Part shown: positions 1 to 9,786 of the stretch, in pieces
Position numbering within the stretch: the first letter of the stretch is position 1
How the letters are laid out: the number at the start of each line of letters is the position of its first letter
Source of the DNA: a virus
DNA: 64,000 nt
Direction: 5' to 3' (one strand)
IMG/VR virus record: IMGVR_UViG_3300033146_000946
Span: 32,001-96,000 of that record
Position numbers and translations under genes: made by a program
Notes under the pieces: generated by a model
Told to the model about the DNA's origin: nothing
Seen by the model: only the letters and a program-made list of their open reading frames with translations
The model's database searches: none

Positions 1-33
1 CATTCTGAATTAACCGATTTTCAAGAATCACAA

Positions 34-2382
34 ATGAAAAACTTTTTGAATATTGTAGAAGATAGTACATTAATAACTAATATTCAAAAAGCAAATACTC
101 TTGGTATACTTTATGATAAGATTATAAGTACTTCAAATAAAAATGAATATAACAATCAAATTAAAGAAAATTTATCTGATTCAAATGAGTATTTATATAA
201 TCTTATAGAAAAATCTGATGTTCCTGATAATGAAAAACAAAATGTTATAGCTGCCATAAAATCTATAAATGATACATTATATTTATCTAATGAAGAGAAA
301 CTTGGTAAACATATTGATTTATATAATTTTATAATGGAAGATATAAATGATGCAGAATATAATAAAAATATAGATGAACATGTAGATGAAACTTATAAAT
401 ATGTTAAAAAAATAATTAGAAAAGCTAATTTAAATGATAATGATAAAGACTATTTAAAAGAATCATTAAAAGATATTCATAATACCTCTAATTTAAATAA
501 TATAACTAAAGCTTATATTATGGGTAACTTATATGATGAGACTATGGATATTTCCCAGAATAATGATTATAATGATCAATTAGAAGAAAATTTAGATAAA
601 TCGACTAAATATATTAATAAATTTATTAAGAAAAATAATTTAACATTTACACAACAATTAGCTGGATTAAATACATTAGATATTATTAATTCAGATACAT
701 ATTTAAGTATTGAAGAAAAATTAAATCAACATGGAGTTATATATGATAATCTTTATAATATTGTATCCGAAAATTATTATTCTCAAGGATTATCAGCTAA
801 TTTAAAAGAATCTACTGAATTTATGACAGAATTTATTAATGATCAAGAATTAAAATTTGATCAATATGATCAAGCATTAGATACATTAAAATCAGTTAAT
901 TCAACTGAATATTTAACTGATGAAGAAAAATTAGTTCAACATGGTTATTTATATAAATATGTTAGTCAAGAAAATATAGAATATTTAACTGATGAAAGTG
1001 AAAATGAAGATACATATCCAATTGAAATTAAATCTACATTAAAAGATTCTAAAATTGATAATAAGGAAATAGTACAAGATATTATTCGAGAACAAAATGA
1101 TACTGTTCATAATAATATAATTGATAATTCACAAGAACGATTAGAACATTATAAAACTAATATAAATGAATCTTTATCTGATGATGTTAGAGATAAGAAA
1201 ATTATAGAATCAATTAATCAAGATATGAAAACATTAGAAAATACTAGAGATATTTCAACTCCTAATAACGATCTTAATAATCCTATTAAATCTGAAGTTA
1301 GTTCAAAATTAGAAGAAATTAAAACTATTGATTCTAATGCAGCAAATTATCCTTCTGAAGCAACTACTGTAAATTCAACTGAAAGTACAGCATTTAATAA
1401 AACAGAAAAACAAGCATTTGAAAATGCTAATAAAGCTGTAAAACAAAAACAACAATTAATAGAACATGCTGATAAAATAGTAAATGACATAAATGATATA
1501 ACAAATGATAAACCTAAATCTAGAAATAAATCTAATCCTTATGAAATTAATGATTTAGATGAATTAGAAATTGCAACAAAAGCAATTGATGAAAATTCAG
1601 CATATAAATTAAATACAACAGCTGAATATAAAACAGAAGAAAAAAATGCTTCTAATCTTAAAATAATTGATTATGTTGATATGGCAAATGGTGTTGACTC
1701 TGATTCTGGTAGACCTAATACTGAAAATGGTGCAGGTGCTAGTTCAGGTGGTGTTGGTGGTGTAAAACATGATAATACATATAAACATGATAAAACTTTT
1801 AGAGAATTTACAAATGTAGCTCCTACTTCATTTAAGAAAAGTGGAGTATTTTCCAAATATGCTGAAGTAGAATTAGATACAAATGCTAAAAAAGGTGAAA
1901 AATATATTGCAAAAGTAGAAGATAGTGCCGCTCTCAGAATAGCAGTAAAAGCACAAGATGTAAAATATAACTTTGGTGGTAAAGATTTAGAAAATAATAC
2001 TATAGATTGTTCAGGATTTGCTGTATATGTAAATAATCAATTAGCTATGGATCATGGTAAGGAAAGACGACCAATTCTTAAATCACATAATACTAGTGCT
2101 CAAGATTTATATAATTATTCAATAGAAACAAATAAACCTCAACCAGGAGATATGGCATTTTTATATAGTTCTAAACGTGGTAAAATTGGACATGTAGTTG
2201 TTTATATGGGTACAACTAAAGATGGTAAAGCTGTTGTTATGGATGCTAGAGGTGGTGGTAAACATAAAGTTTATACTCAGATATTAGAAGATATGCCTTC
2301 TTGGAGTAAACATTTATCAGGATGGAGAACATTAAAAGGACAAGTTAATAATACTAATATAGATCCAAAAGATTTATTATAA
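34..2382 (+). CDS. Virion-associated NlpC/P60 cell-wall peptidase with N-terminal 70-aa helical repeats (5'-truncated; frame open from base 1)
   Basis: C-terminal YNFGG..IDCSGFAVYV (Cys codon 2008-2010), QPGDMAF, GHVVVYMG (His codon 2191-2193) match the NlpC/P60 motifs. Bases 1-33 are in frame (HSELTDFQESQ) and continue the repeat. Confidence 0.85.
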   Translation: MKNFLNIVEDSTLITNIQKANTLGILYDKIISTSNKNEYNNQIKENLSDSNEYLYNLIEKSDVPDNEKQNVIAAIKSINDTLYLSNEEKLGKHIDLYNFIMEDINDAEYNKNIDEHVDETYKYVKKIIRKANLNDNDKDYLKESLKDIHNTSNLNNITKAYIMGNLYDETMDISQNNDYNDQLEENLDKSTKYINKFIKKNNLTFTQQLAGLNTLDIINSDTYLSIEEKLNQHGVIYDNLYNIVSENYYSQGLSANLKESTEFMTEFINDQELKFDQYDQALDTLKSVNSTEYLTDEEKLVQHGYLYKYVSQENIEYLTDESENEDTYPIEIKSTLKDSKIDNKEIVQDIIREQNDTVHNNIIDNSQERLEHYKTNINESLSDDVRDKKIIESINQDMKTLENTRDISTPNNDLNNPIKSEVSSKLEEIKTIDSNAANYPSEATTVNSTESTAFNKTEKQAFENANKAVKQKQQLIEHADKIVNDINDITNDKPKSRNKSNPYEINDLDELEIATKAIDENSAYKLNTTAEYKTEEKNASNLKIIDYVDMANGVDSDSGRPNTENGAGASSGGVGGVKHDNTYKHDKTFREFTNVAPTSFKKSGVFSKYAEVELDTNAKKGEKYIAKVEDSAALRIAVKAQDVKYNFGGKDLENNTIDCSGFAVYVNNQLAMDHGKERRPILKSHNTSAQDLYNYSIETNKPQPGDMAFLYSSKRGKIGHVVVYMGTTKDGKAVVMDARGGGKHKVYTQILEDMPSWSKHLSGWRTLKGQVNNTNIDPKDLL
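142..981 (+). repeat. Four degenerate 210-nt (70-aa) coding repeats
   Basis: Units start at 142 (NEYNN), 352 (AEYNK), 562 (NDYND) and 772 (NYYSQ), exactly 210 nt apart. Three of the four share YLxxEEKLxxH..(L/I)Y. A partial unit precedes them. Confidence 0.85.
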
Positions 2383-2385
2383 AAA

Positions 2386-2399
2386 ATACTATACTACAT
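2386..2399 (+). promoter_or_regulatory. Candidate phage-specific promoter motif ATACTATACTACAT
   Basis: Near-identical 14-mers at 2386, 2929 and 17302, each intergenic and upstream of an RBS/ATG. Confidence 0.5.
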
Positions 2400-2435
2400 A
2401 CAAACCATAAATTATCAATAATAGGAGGTATAATT

Positions 2436-2738
2436 ATGGCAGTAACAAAAGAACAAATTGAAAAATGGAAAGCGGAGTTTGGTAAAATTTATAAGATAAC
2501 TCCTGTGTCAGATCTAGAAATAATCTATAAACCTTTATCTAGGAATGATTATATGGATATTATGTCAAAACAAATTGAAGGTTTGATTGAAGATCCTGAA
2601 ATTGAAACTGTTAAATTATGTATCTTAAATGATATAGATGAAAATGATCTTTATTCACGAGGTGGTATTGCTACTGTTGTGTATGAAGATATTATGAAAC
2701 GTTCTGGATTTACAATTGTAGAATCAGAAGAACTATAA
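2436..2738 (+). CDS. Tail assembly chaperone
   Basis: Small acidic protein (EQIEKWKAEFGKIY..IIYKPLSRNDY) of the phage TAC type. AGGAGG RBS. Lies upstream of tape-measure-position genes. Confidence 0.7.
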   Translation: MAVTKEQIEKWKAEFGKIYKITPVSDLEIIYKPLSRNDYMDIMSKQIEGLIEDPEIETVKLCILNDIDENDLYSRGGIATVVYEDIMKRSGFTIVESEEL

Positions 2739-2765
2739 TATTTATTTAATATTTTAACATATATT

Positions 2766-2794
2766 AAGGGAGAGTCTTTACTCTCCCTTTCTTT
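2766..2794 (+). terminator. Intrinsic terminator
   Basis: AAGGGAGAGT-CTTT-ACTCTCCCTT 10-bp stem followed by TCTTT. Confidence 0.75.
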
Positions 2795-2928
2795 ATAAAC
2801 TATCATTTATTAAGAACTAATCTATTATATCTTTATATATATATTATATAATCGCTGGCGCTCAGTTGGTTATATCCAAAAAATAATTAATGACAATACT
2901 ATTGTCAAGAAAAATTTTAAAAAACTTT

Positions 2929-2942
2929 ATAGTATACTATAT
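2929..2942 (+). promoter_or_regulatory. Candidate phage-specific promoter motif ATAGTATACTATAT
   Basis: Second copy of the 14-mer. It lies downstream of a terminator, where a new promoter is needed, and 26 nt before ATG 2969. Confidence 0.5.
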
Positions 2943-2968
2943 ATAGTAAATTAGTATAAGGAGTTTAC

Positions 2969-3505
2969 ATGAATTTAACAAGACAAACCAAGTTATATAA
3001 ATCTACTTTTGATGATAAAGAAGTAATATATCGAACTTTAAATATAACTGAAATCAATGTTATTAATAATATATCTAATACTTATTATAAATATGATGTA
3101 GCATATGATCTAGCAGTAATTAATAAAGATGATGAAATCAATTATTTAATTAAACAACAAATTGGAAAAGATATTATTGAATCTTCAGCTTTATCTTTAT
3201 CTGACGATATGATATTATCTTTAACTGTTGATGGATTTAGAGAATCAGTTAAAAATGATTTTACTTTAACTCTAATTCCACAAATAATGAATGTATTAAA
3301 TGTTAATTTAGAATATCTACTATCTTTAACAATTGATGATTTAATTGAATTAACTGCTTTATGTGAAATTATGACTAATAAAAAAATATTTAAAGATATA
3401 GATATGCCAAAAGAAGATGTTGCAATTAAAAATGATAATCCACAATTTTTTCCAGAAGATGGAAAATCATTACAAGATAAAATGAAAGAACTAGAAGGTT
3501 TTTAA
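2969..3505 (+). CDS. Second tail assembly chaperone-like protein (paralogue of 2436-2738)
   Basis: DDKEVIYRTLNITE resembles SDLEIIYKPLSRND. AAGGAG RBS. TAATG overlap with the next gene. Confidence 0.6.
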   Translation: MNLTRQTKLYKSTFDDKEVIYRTLNITEINVINNISNTYYKYDVAYDLAVINKDDEINYLIKQQIGKDIIESSALSLSDDMILSLTVDGFRESVKNDFTLTLIPQIMNVLNVNLEYLLSLTIDDLIELTALCEIMTNKKIFKDIDMPKEDVAIKNDNPQFFPEDGKSLQDKMKELEGF

Positions 3506-6500
3506 TGTCACACTATGATCCTTATCAGGATAATAACGATAGCTATTATAATCCGCAAAGTAATGTTAATAATAAAGAAAGTGTAGTTCATTCAATAGGC
3601 AGTGCTATTGGAGAAACTGCTAAATCTTTAGTTGGTCAATTAATTGTTCATACTGTTGTTAAATCTGTTGGAAAATTAGCAGGTCGAGGAATCGCAAATG
3701 CTCAACGTTCAAGAGCTACAATGAGATTAAAGCAGAAGAATTTATCATCTTCTCAAAGATCAATGTATCAACGATTATCAAAAGCGGAAACATTTACAGA
3801 TGTATTATCAGCTAGAAGTAAAACATTCGATAGGGTTAGAACTAACGCATGGCGACAAAAGTCAAAAAATATTTTAGAAAAACGTGAAAATGTTTATAAT
3901 AGATTAAAAACTAGAAATCCAATTGGAGCGGAAGCATATAAAGTTAAATCTGCTTTTAAAAATTCTGATACATTTATGGCTGTAGCTATGCATAATGTAG
4001 GTGAATCTATATTAGAAGGATCCATTATAGGATACGCTTACGATGCAGCTACTGGTCAATTAGGACATATGGGTGTAAGAGACGATCTATCTACTTGGAA
4101 TTTACCAGGACATGCTGTAAACTACGCTAAATATATGGTAAAAAATGCTGTTAACTTTGGAGTAATGGGAAATCTTGGTAATATTAAAAGATTTGGCCAA
4201 GCTGGTGCCGCAAATGTTGGTAAAAATTTCTTGAAACATAATAAAGGTTTTGAAGATGCAGTATTAGGATTTGCATCTAAAGTATCTAATGTTAGATATA
4301 AAGGTGCTATGAAACATGGTAGTGATACTGATTATAAAGCACAAGCATTTCAACATGAAATAAATGATAGTTTATTAAAGAAAGTAAAAGATAATGTTGG
4401 CGCAGCACTATCTACTTATACCGATACTATTGCTCCTATGATGCATGAATCATTACATAAACCATTTCAACGCAAACCTACAAAAACACCACAACCAACT
4501 GCTACTCAAAGTGCTGTCAAATTTCAAGATAAAGTTAAACATGGATTGGATCAAGTAAAAAATAGTTTTGAACATAAACGTAATGAGCGAGCAAATAGAT
4601 TATCAAAAGATGTAGATAAAGGTGGATTTGCTATTGCTGATGTTTTATCAGATATGGGTGCAAGATCTAATAATCAATCTGTATTAACTCAACATGGTAA
4701 TTCTAAACAAGCTATAGATGAAATGTTAATGAACCAAAAATCTAGTAGAGGATTTTTAGCTCAAATGTTTGGATTACAACAAACATCTTTAAAAGATACT
4801 TTAACAAAAGATAAAATAGCTGATATAGCTCATGGTATATCTAAATTTACTGATACAAAAGAAGAAATGTTAATTAGACAACTTGGTAATGTTAAAGTTG
4901 GAAATACATTTTTTAAAAAAGGTAAATTTAATGTAGATATGAATTATATGAATCCTCTAAATGTAGTAAAAAGAGGAATGGCTAATATACTTCAATCTAA
5001 TGCTAAAATGTTATATAAATTACCAATGGTTGGAAAATCATTATCATTGGGTGCTATTACTATGTCTGATACTATTCTTGGTACAGAATATAACGCTTTT
5101 TCTTTTAATAATACTGGTACTGGATTTGGATTTGTAGTAGGAACTAAAGGTGGTCCTAAACAAATAGATGATTTATTACGTGAACCTGGTATTTTAAAAC
5201 AAGGATCTAATACTAGTGGCGTTAATGTACATATGGTTAATGATAAATTATATGCTATAGATGGTGCAACTATTACTAAATTAGATTCATATAATGTAGC
5301 AATTAAAGAAACGAGTCCTGCATCTAAATCATTAAGTGAAATGAAAAAGCATGATATGGAAGAATATTTATATCAGAATGCTAAAAACACAGTACCAACA
5401 TCAAAAAGCGAAGCTATAGCAGCTTATGCTAATAATATTAAAAAACAACGAGATGGTTTAGGGTTTTTTGGAAAATTATCAGCTGCTGTATCATGGGATA
5501 AATTAAGTTCTAGTAATGCTATGCAAGGTTTAAAAGAAATCTTTAATATGAAGATTATGCCTAATGGACAAGTACATAGTGTAAAACAACAATTATATGA
5601 CCAAATGGTTGGATCATTTTATGGTAAAGATCCTATATTTAATAAACAAGAAATGATGTCTGTTGGTCGAACAATGTTAGAATCTACTGAACATCATTTA
5701 GCTAATGTTATAAATAGACCACATGTAATAAAACAATTAGCAGAACGTTCAAGTGGATTTATGAATAAAAATAATCTTGGATGGATGTGGGATGATACTG
5801 AATTTGTTCAATTATTACGAGAAGGACGAGCACCTAATGGTGTTATTGATAAAGATTTTTATAAAACATTTTTATCTGATGATGAATCTAAAGCATTATA
5901 TCATACAGTAATACAAAATCCTCGTCGAGCTAAAAAACATATAACACGAGATAGAGTTGGAGCTAGACCAGATTTAGATGCACTTACACAATTACGTACT
6001 AAATTTGCTATGAATGGTTTAGGTAAAGTCGAAGGTGTTGATAGAATGTTAAGTGGTGCAGATTTCTTACATAGACAAGGATTAATAAGTCATTCAGAAG
6101 CAACTGCTATGAAACTTCATGGTAAATTAAATACTATGTTTGCAAAATCTAAAACCTATTTTGGTGAATTAGATCCTGAAATAGTGGATTTAACAGAAAT
6201 GCAAAAATTGTTTAAAGGTAAAAAAGATGGTGTAATAATAAAACAAAATGAATTATTAGATTATGTTATGCAAGATGAAATGCGTAAACCATCTTTAGTT
6301 TATTCAAAAGCAAGATTAGCAGATACGTTATATAGAAATCCAGATGCACCTATGTTTGGATTAGCTCGCGATACAACTCAAGCGATAGGTATATCCTATA
6401 AAAGTGATTCTGATAAGAATATGGCTATGGGTTTAAAAGTATTAAATGTAGGAGCAAATAGAGTATCACATCTAGTATCTGATACATTTAATGCTGTTGG

Positions 6501-9500
6501 TATTGGTGGATTTGAATATGATAATTTCAGATATGGTACTGGTATGTCTGGTTCATTTAAATATCTTGCTAATACAGCTGGTAAAGTAGCAGCAGCAGCT
6601 TTTGCATATAAAGCTATTGATGCTGCAGTTGCATCAGCTCCAGTATTTGATCAAACTGGATTACAAGATGGTATAACAGGATTTTTAGCTGATAATGTAG
6701 CAACTACACATTTAATAGCATCTAAAGCATTAAATTTTACAGGTGTTGCAGGAGCAGGAAGGTATCTTGAAGGGTTAATGCCAGGATTTACATCATCTGC
6801 ACCAGGAGCATTGATTGGTGGTGCTCTTAGAATGGCTGGTGGACCAGGAGCTATGATTGGTGGTGCAATACATGGTGCTATTTGGAATCGAATGTTATCA
6901 GCATATATGCCAGATTTTACTAAAACATATGAACAATTACAAAAAGAATATTCAGGTGAAGAAGAAGTAGCTATTGTAGAAGGTAAAGGATGGTTATTAG
7001 GTACTACACCATTCCAAGGTAATAAAATAGTTGGTTATAAACCAAATTGGTATGTTGAAGCAAAATCAAGATGGAAAGCATCAGATACATTATATGGTTC
7101 TGAATTTAGAAAATTAATACATGAACCATTACCTGGAATAGGTGCTAATATTGGTGATATAATAGATCCATATTATATGGAACGAAAACATTTCTTCGAT
7201 AGGCCATATCCTGTTACTGGAGGATTTTTAGATGAAGTTCCAGTATTTGGTCCATTAATAGATGCTACGTTAGGAAAAATATTTAAACCTAAAAAATTAA
7301 TGCATCAGAAATTTTTAAATGGTGATTCATCAATTGAACATTCTGAAGTTACAGCTATGCCAGTTATACCAATGTCAGAACAATCAGTACATATGCGTAG
7401 TGCTTCACCAATGAAAACAACTAGTCGACATATTAGATCTAATTTTATGGGAGCATGGGTTTATCCAGGTGATCATGCTTCATCAGCACAAATGATAGCT
7501 GATGATTATATGGCAGGATTTGAAAATATGATGGGTTTAGTTGGTTTTGCTGGTGGTGTTGGTAGAACTAATTTAGTAGAACATGAACGTGTAGTTCCAA
7601 CATTAGAAACTGCTGGTAGAATGGCATCTATGACTAGAAGTTATAATGATATGGCATTGGGAGGAATAGGTACTTTATCTGAAGCAATGAGACGTTTTGT
7701 AGGTAAACCAGACCATAGAAAAGTCGGTGTTAATCCAATTCCAAATATGCTTCCAAACTTTCTACCAGGTAGATTTTTAACTGGTGATCCATATGAAAAA
7801 ATAATGAAAGGTGAATTAAGATTACCTGGTACTGCTTATGAAAGAACACATGATATTAATTATGCTATGCCAGGTCGTGCTTCAATGTTCGGTGGTAATT
7901 TAAAAGATATCGTTGCATATTTTACTGGACATAAATCACCATTATTAAAAGAAGAACATGATATATTGGAATATGGTACACATGCTCACGAAGCTATTCA
8001 AAATTGGCTTAAAGCTGAAAATATATTAATATCTGCTGAAAATTTAGTATATGATACAAGAAATAATGTGTCTGGTCATATTGATGGTGTAATTCGAGAT
8101 GGTACAGGTGGTGGTGGTAGAAGAGCTCTTGAAATAAAAACTATATCAGCTAAAGGTTTAAAGAAATTATCAGGACCAAAAAATCAACACGTTGGACAGT
8201 TAAATTTTTATCTTCATGAAATGAAGATGAAAAAAGGTACAATATTATATGTTAATAGAGATAATCCAGCTGAGTTTAAAGTATATGAAATTAATTATAA
8301 TCGAGATAGATATACAAAAGATTTACAAAAAATACATCAAGCTAGAAAAATAGCGTCTGGTATGATAGCACAATCTAAAACGGGTATATCTAAAGGTTTT
8401 AGTTATTCTTGGACAGATAGATTAAATATATTAGCTGACGTTGCGCCAGCATCAAAAGAATTCAAAGAAGCAAAGTGGATAGTTGAACAACAGATAAAAA
8501 ATGGAATGATGGATGAACGTGGAATGAACAAATATAGAAAAGCGTTAAAACATCGACAAGCTACTTTGAGAACTTATGAATTATATCCTACTAGATTTAG
8601 AGGACAAATATTATCACCTGATGCTGAATATAATAGACAAAATGAAAATTATAATATAAAAGCAGGAGCAGAATATAGTTTACCAGAAAGAATAGTTGGA
8701 GCAGTTTGGGAAGAATTTTTAAATACAAATACATTTTTAACTAATAAGTTTTTTGCATTTAAAGATCCATTAGAACATTATTCAGAATATCAAGTATACG
8801 GAAAAGAATATACACCATGGACTGATCCTTATGGTTCATTTGTAAAACCAAGAATAGATAGAGTATTAGGATCAACTGATCCTTTTAAAGGAGCAATAGC
8901 AGGTTCTATTGATGGAGCATATTTATTTGGTGGTAGTCCAATGGCAGCAGTTGGAGCATTTGTAGGTGCTGCTGTTGGTGGTGTTAATGGAATCATGAAA
9001 AGACAACAAAGATGGCTACCTGGAAATATTAAAACTGAAAGACAAATTAATGATTATTTTGATACGTTAGAATATTATAAAAATGAAAGAATGGCAACTT
9101 TGAGTTATGGTATGGAATATGATAGATATAAAAATGCAGCTAATGCTACATTCCATAGTTTAATACAAAATGAAAGTACGGATTATACTAATATATATAG
9201 ATCAGCTTATACGTCAGAAAAACCATATCTATCTGCCTGGTTAAATGAAACTAATCCTGAACGACAAGAAGAAATTTTAAAAATTGTTCCTGAACGATTA
9301 GGAAATGTGTTAGTTAGTCATTGGCAAAAAGAAGGATCAAAAGTTAATACTGAAGATCATATTGATAAAATGTCAGCAGGTTTATTACAAAAACATAATC
9401 CAGAATATGATATGAGAATGTTAGATCCAATGTTACGAACAGAAGATATTAAATTAAAAGCTATTAATAATGCTGGATTAAATGCTCATGATTTTGGATT

Positions 9501-9786
9501 AGGTTGGGCTCCACAATTATTAAGAGCACAAGATGCGATGGATAGAATGCCAGATCCAAATATTAATCAAATTAATTTTAATGAAAATAATGCAGATATG
9601 ATGGATCCAGGTACAGTAAAAGGAGCAATAATGAATATGTTACATTCGATGGGATTAAAAGGTAGAGTTACAGTATTTATAAATAATCATGTAGATGGTG
9701 GATCAAATAAAGCAACTATAACATTACAGCATAATAGAGTGCAAGAAATTCGTGATGCTGTTGATTTTAGAGAGAGGTATATGTAA
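3505..9786 (+). CDS. Giant tape-measure/ejection-type virion protein with embedded PD-(D/E)XK (Cas4/RecB-like) nuclease domain
   Basis: Follows the chaperones. Has Gly/Ala-rich hydrophobic segments (GALIGG..GAMIGGAIHG; AAVGAFVGAAVGG). Nuclease motifs GTHAH, GHIDG, LEIKT and QLNFY at about 7975-8211. Confidence 0.75.
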   Translation: MSHYDPYQDNNDSYYNPQSNVNNKESVVHSIGSAIGETAKSLVGQLIVHTVVKSVGKLAGRGIANAQRSRATMRLKQKNLSSSQRSMYQRLSKAETFTDVLSARSKTFDRVRTNAWRQKSKNILEKRENVYNRLKTRNPIGAEAYKVKSAFKNSDTFMAVAMHNVGESILEGSIIGYAYDAATGQLGHMGVRDDLSTWNLPGHAVNYAKYMVKNAVNFGVMGNLGNIKRFGQAGAANVGKNFLKHNKGFEDAVLGFASKVSNVRYKGAMKHGSDTDYKAQAFQHEINDSLLKKVKDNVGAALSTYTDTIAPMMHESLHKPFQRKPTKTPQPTATQSAVKFQDKVKHGLDQVKNSFEHKRNERANRLSKDVDKGGFAIADVLSDMGARSNNQSVLTQHGNSKQAIDEMLMNQKSSRGFLAQMFGLQQTSLKDTLTKDKIADIAHGISKFTDTKEEMLIRQLGNVKVGNTFFKKGKFNVDMNYMNPLNVVKRGMANILQSNAKMLYKLPMVGKSLSLGAITMSDTILGTEYNAFSFNNTGTGFGFVVGTKGGPKQIDDLLREPGILKQGSNTSGVNVHMVNDKLYAIDGATITKLDSYNVAIKETSPASKSLSEMKKHDMEEYLYQNAKNTVPTSKSEAIAAYANNIKKQRDGLGFFGKLSAAVSWDKLSSSNAMQGLKEIFNMKIMPNGQVHSVKQQLYDQMVGSFYGKDPIFNKQEMMSVGRTMLESTEHHLANVINRPHVIKQLAERSSGFMNKNNLGWMWDDTEFVQLLREGRAPNGVIDKDFYKTFLSDDESKALYHTVIQNPRRAKKHITRDRVGARPDLDALTQLRTKFAMNGLGKVEGVDRMLSGADFLHRQGLISHSEATAMKLHGKLNTMFAKSKTYFGELDPEIVDLTEMQKLFKGKKDGVIIKQNELLDYVMQDEMRKPSLVYSKARLADTLYRNPDAPMFGLARDTTQAIGISYKSDSDKNMAMGLKVLNVGANRVSHLVSDTFNAVGIGGFEYDNFRYGTGMSGSFKYLANTAGKVAAAAFAYKAIDAAVASAPVFDQTGLQDGITGFLADNVATTHLIASKALNFTGVAGAGRYLEGLMPGFTSSAPGALIGGALRMAGGPGAMIGGAIHGAIWNRMLSAYMPDFTKTYEQLQKEYSGEEEVAIVEGKGWLLGTTPFQGNKIVGYKPNWYVEAKSRWKASDTLYGSEFRKLIHEPLPGIGANIGDIIDPYYMERKHFFDRPYPVTGGFLDEVPVFGPLIDATLGKIFKPKKLMHQKFLNGDSSIEHSEVTAMPVIPMSEQSVHMRSASPMKTTSRHIRSNFMGAWVYPGDHASSAQMIADDYMAGFENMMGLVGFAGGVGRTNLVEHERVVPTLETAGRMASMTRSYNDMALGGIGTLSEAMRRFVGKPDHRKVGVNPIPNMLPNFLPGRFLTGDPYEKIMKGELRLPGTAYERTHDINYAMPGRASMFGGNLKDIVAYFTGHKSPLLKEEHDILEYGTHAHEAIQNWLKAENILISAENLVYDTRNNVSGHIDGVIRDGTGGGGRRALEIKTISAKGLKKLSGPKNQHVGQLNFYLHEMKMKKGTILYVNRDNPAEFKVYEINYNRDRYTKDLQKIHQARKIASGMIAQSKTGISKGFSYSWTDRLNILADVAPASKEFKEAKWIVEQQIKNGMMDERGMNKYRKALKHRQATLRTYELYPTRFRGQILSPDAEYNRQNENYNIKAGAEYSLPERIVGAVWEEFLNTNTFLTNKFFAFKDPLEHYSEYQVYGKEYTPWTDPYGSFVKPRIDRVLGSTDPFKGAIAGSIDGAYLFGGSPMAAVGAFVGAAVGGVNGIMKRQQRWLPGNIKTERQINDYFDTLEYYKNERMATLSYGMEYDRYKNAANATFHSLIQNESTDYTNIYRSAYTSEKPYLSAWLNETNPERQEEILKIVPERLGNVLVSHWQKEGSKVNTEDHIDKMSAGLLQKHNPEYDMRMLDPMLRTEDIKLKAINNAGLNAHDFGLGWAPQLLRAQDAMDRMPDPNINQINFNENNADMMDPGTVKGAIMNMLHSMGLKGRVTVFINNHVDGGSNKATITLQHNRVQEIRDAVDFRERYM

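Noticed and set aside
2853-2872. tRNA D-arm-like GCTCAGTTGGTTA
   Set aside because: No anticodon arm, T-arm (GTTCGA) or acceptor stem follows, so it is not a tRNA.
3497-3507. Possible -1 frameshift (GGTTTTTAATG) fusing the chaperone to the giant protein
   Set aside because: Not a canonical in-frame XXXYYYZ heptamer. The same TTTTTAATG junction occurs at 35720-35728, so ordinary TAATG coupling explains it.
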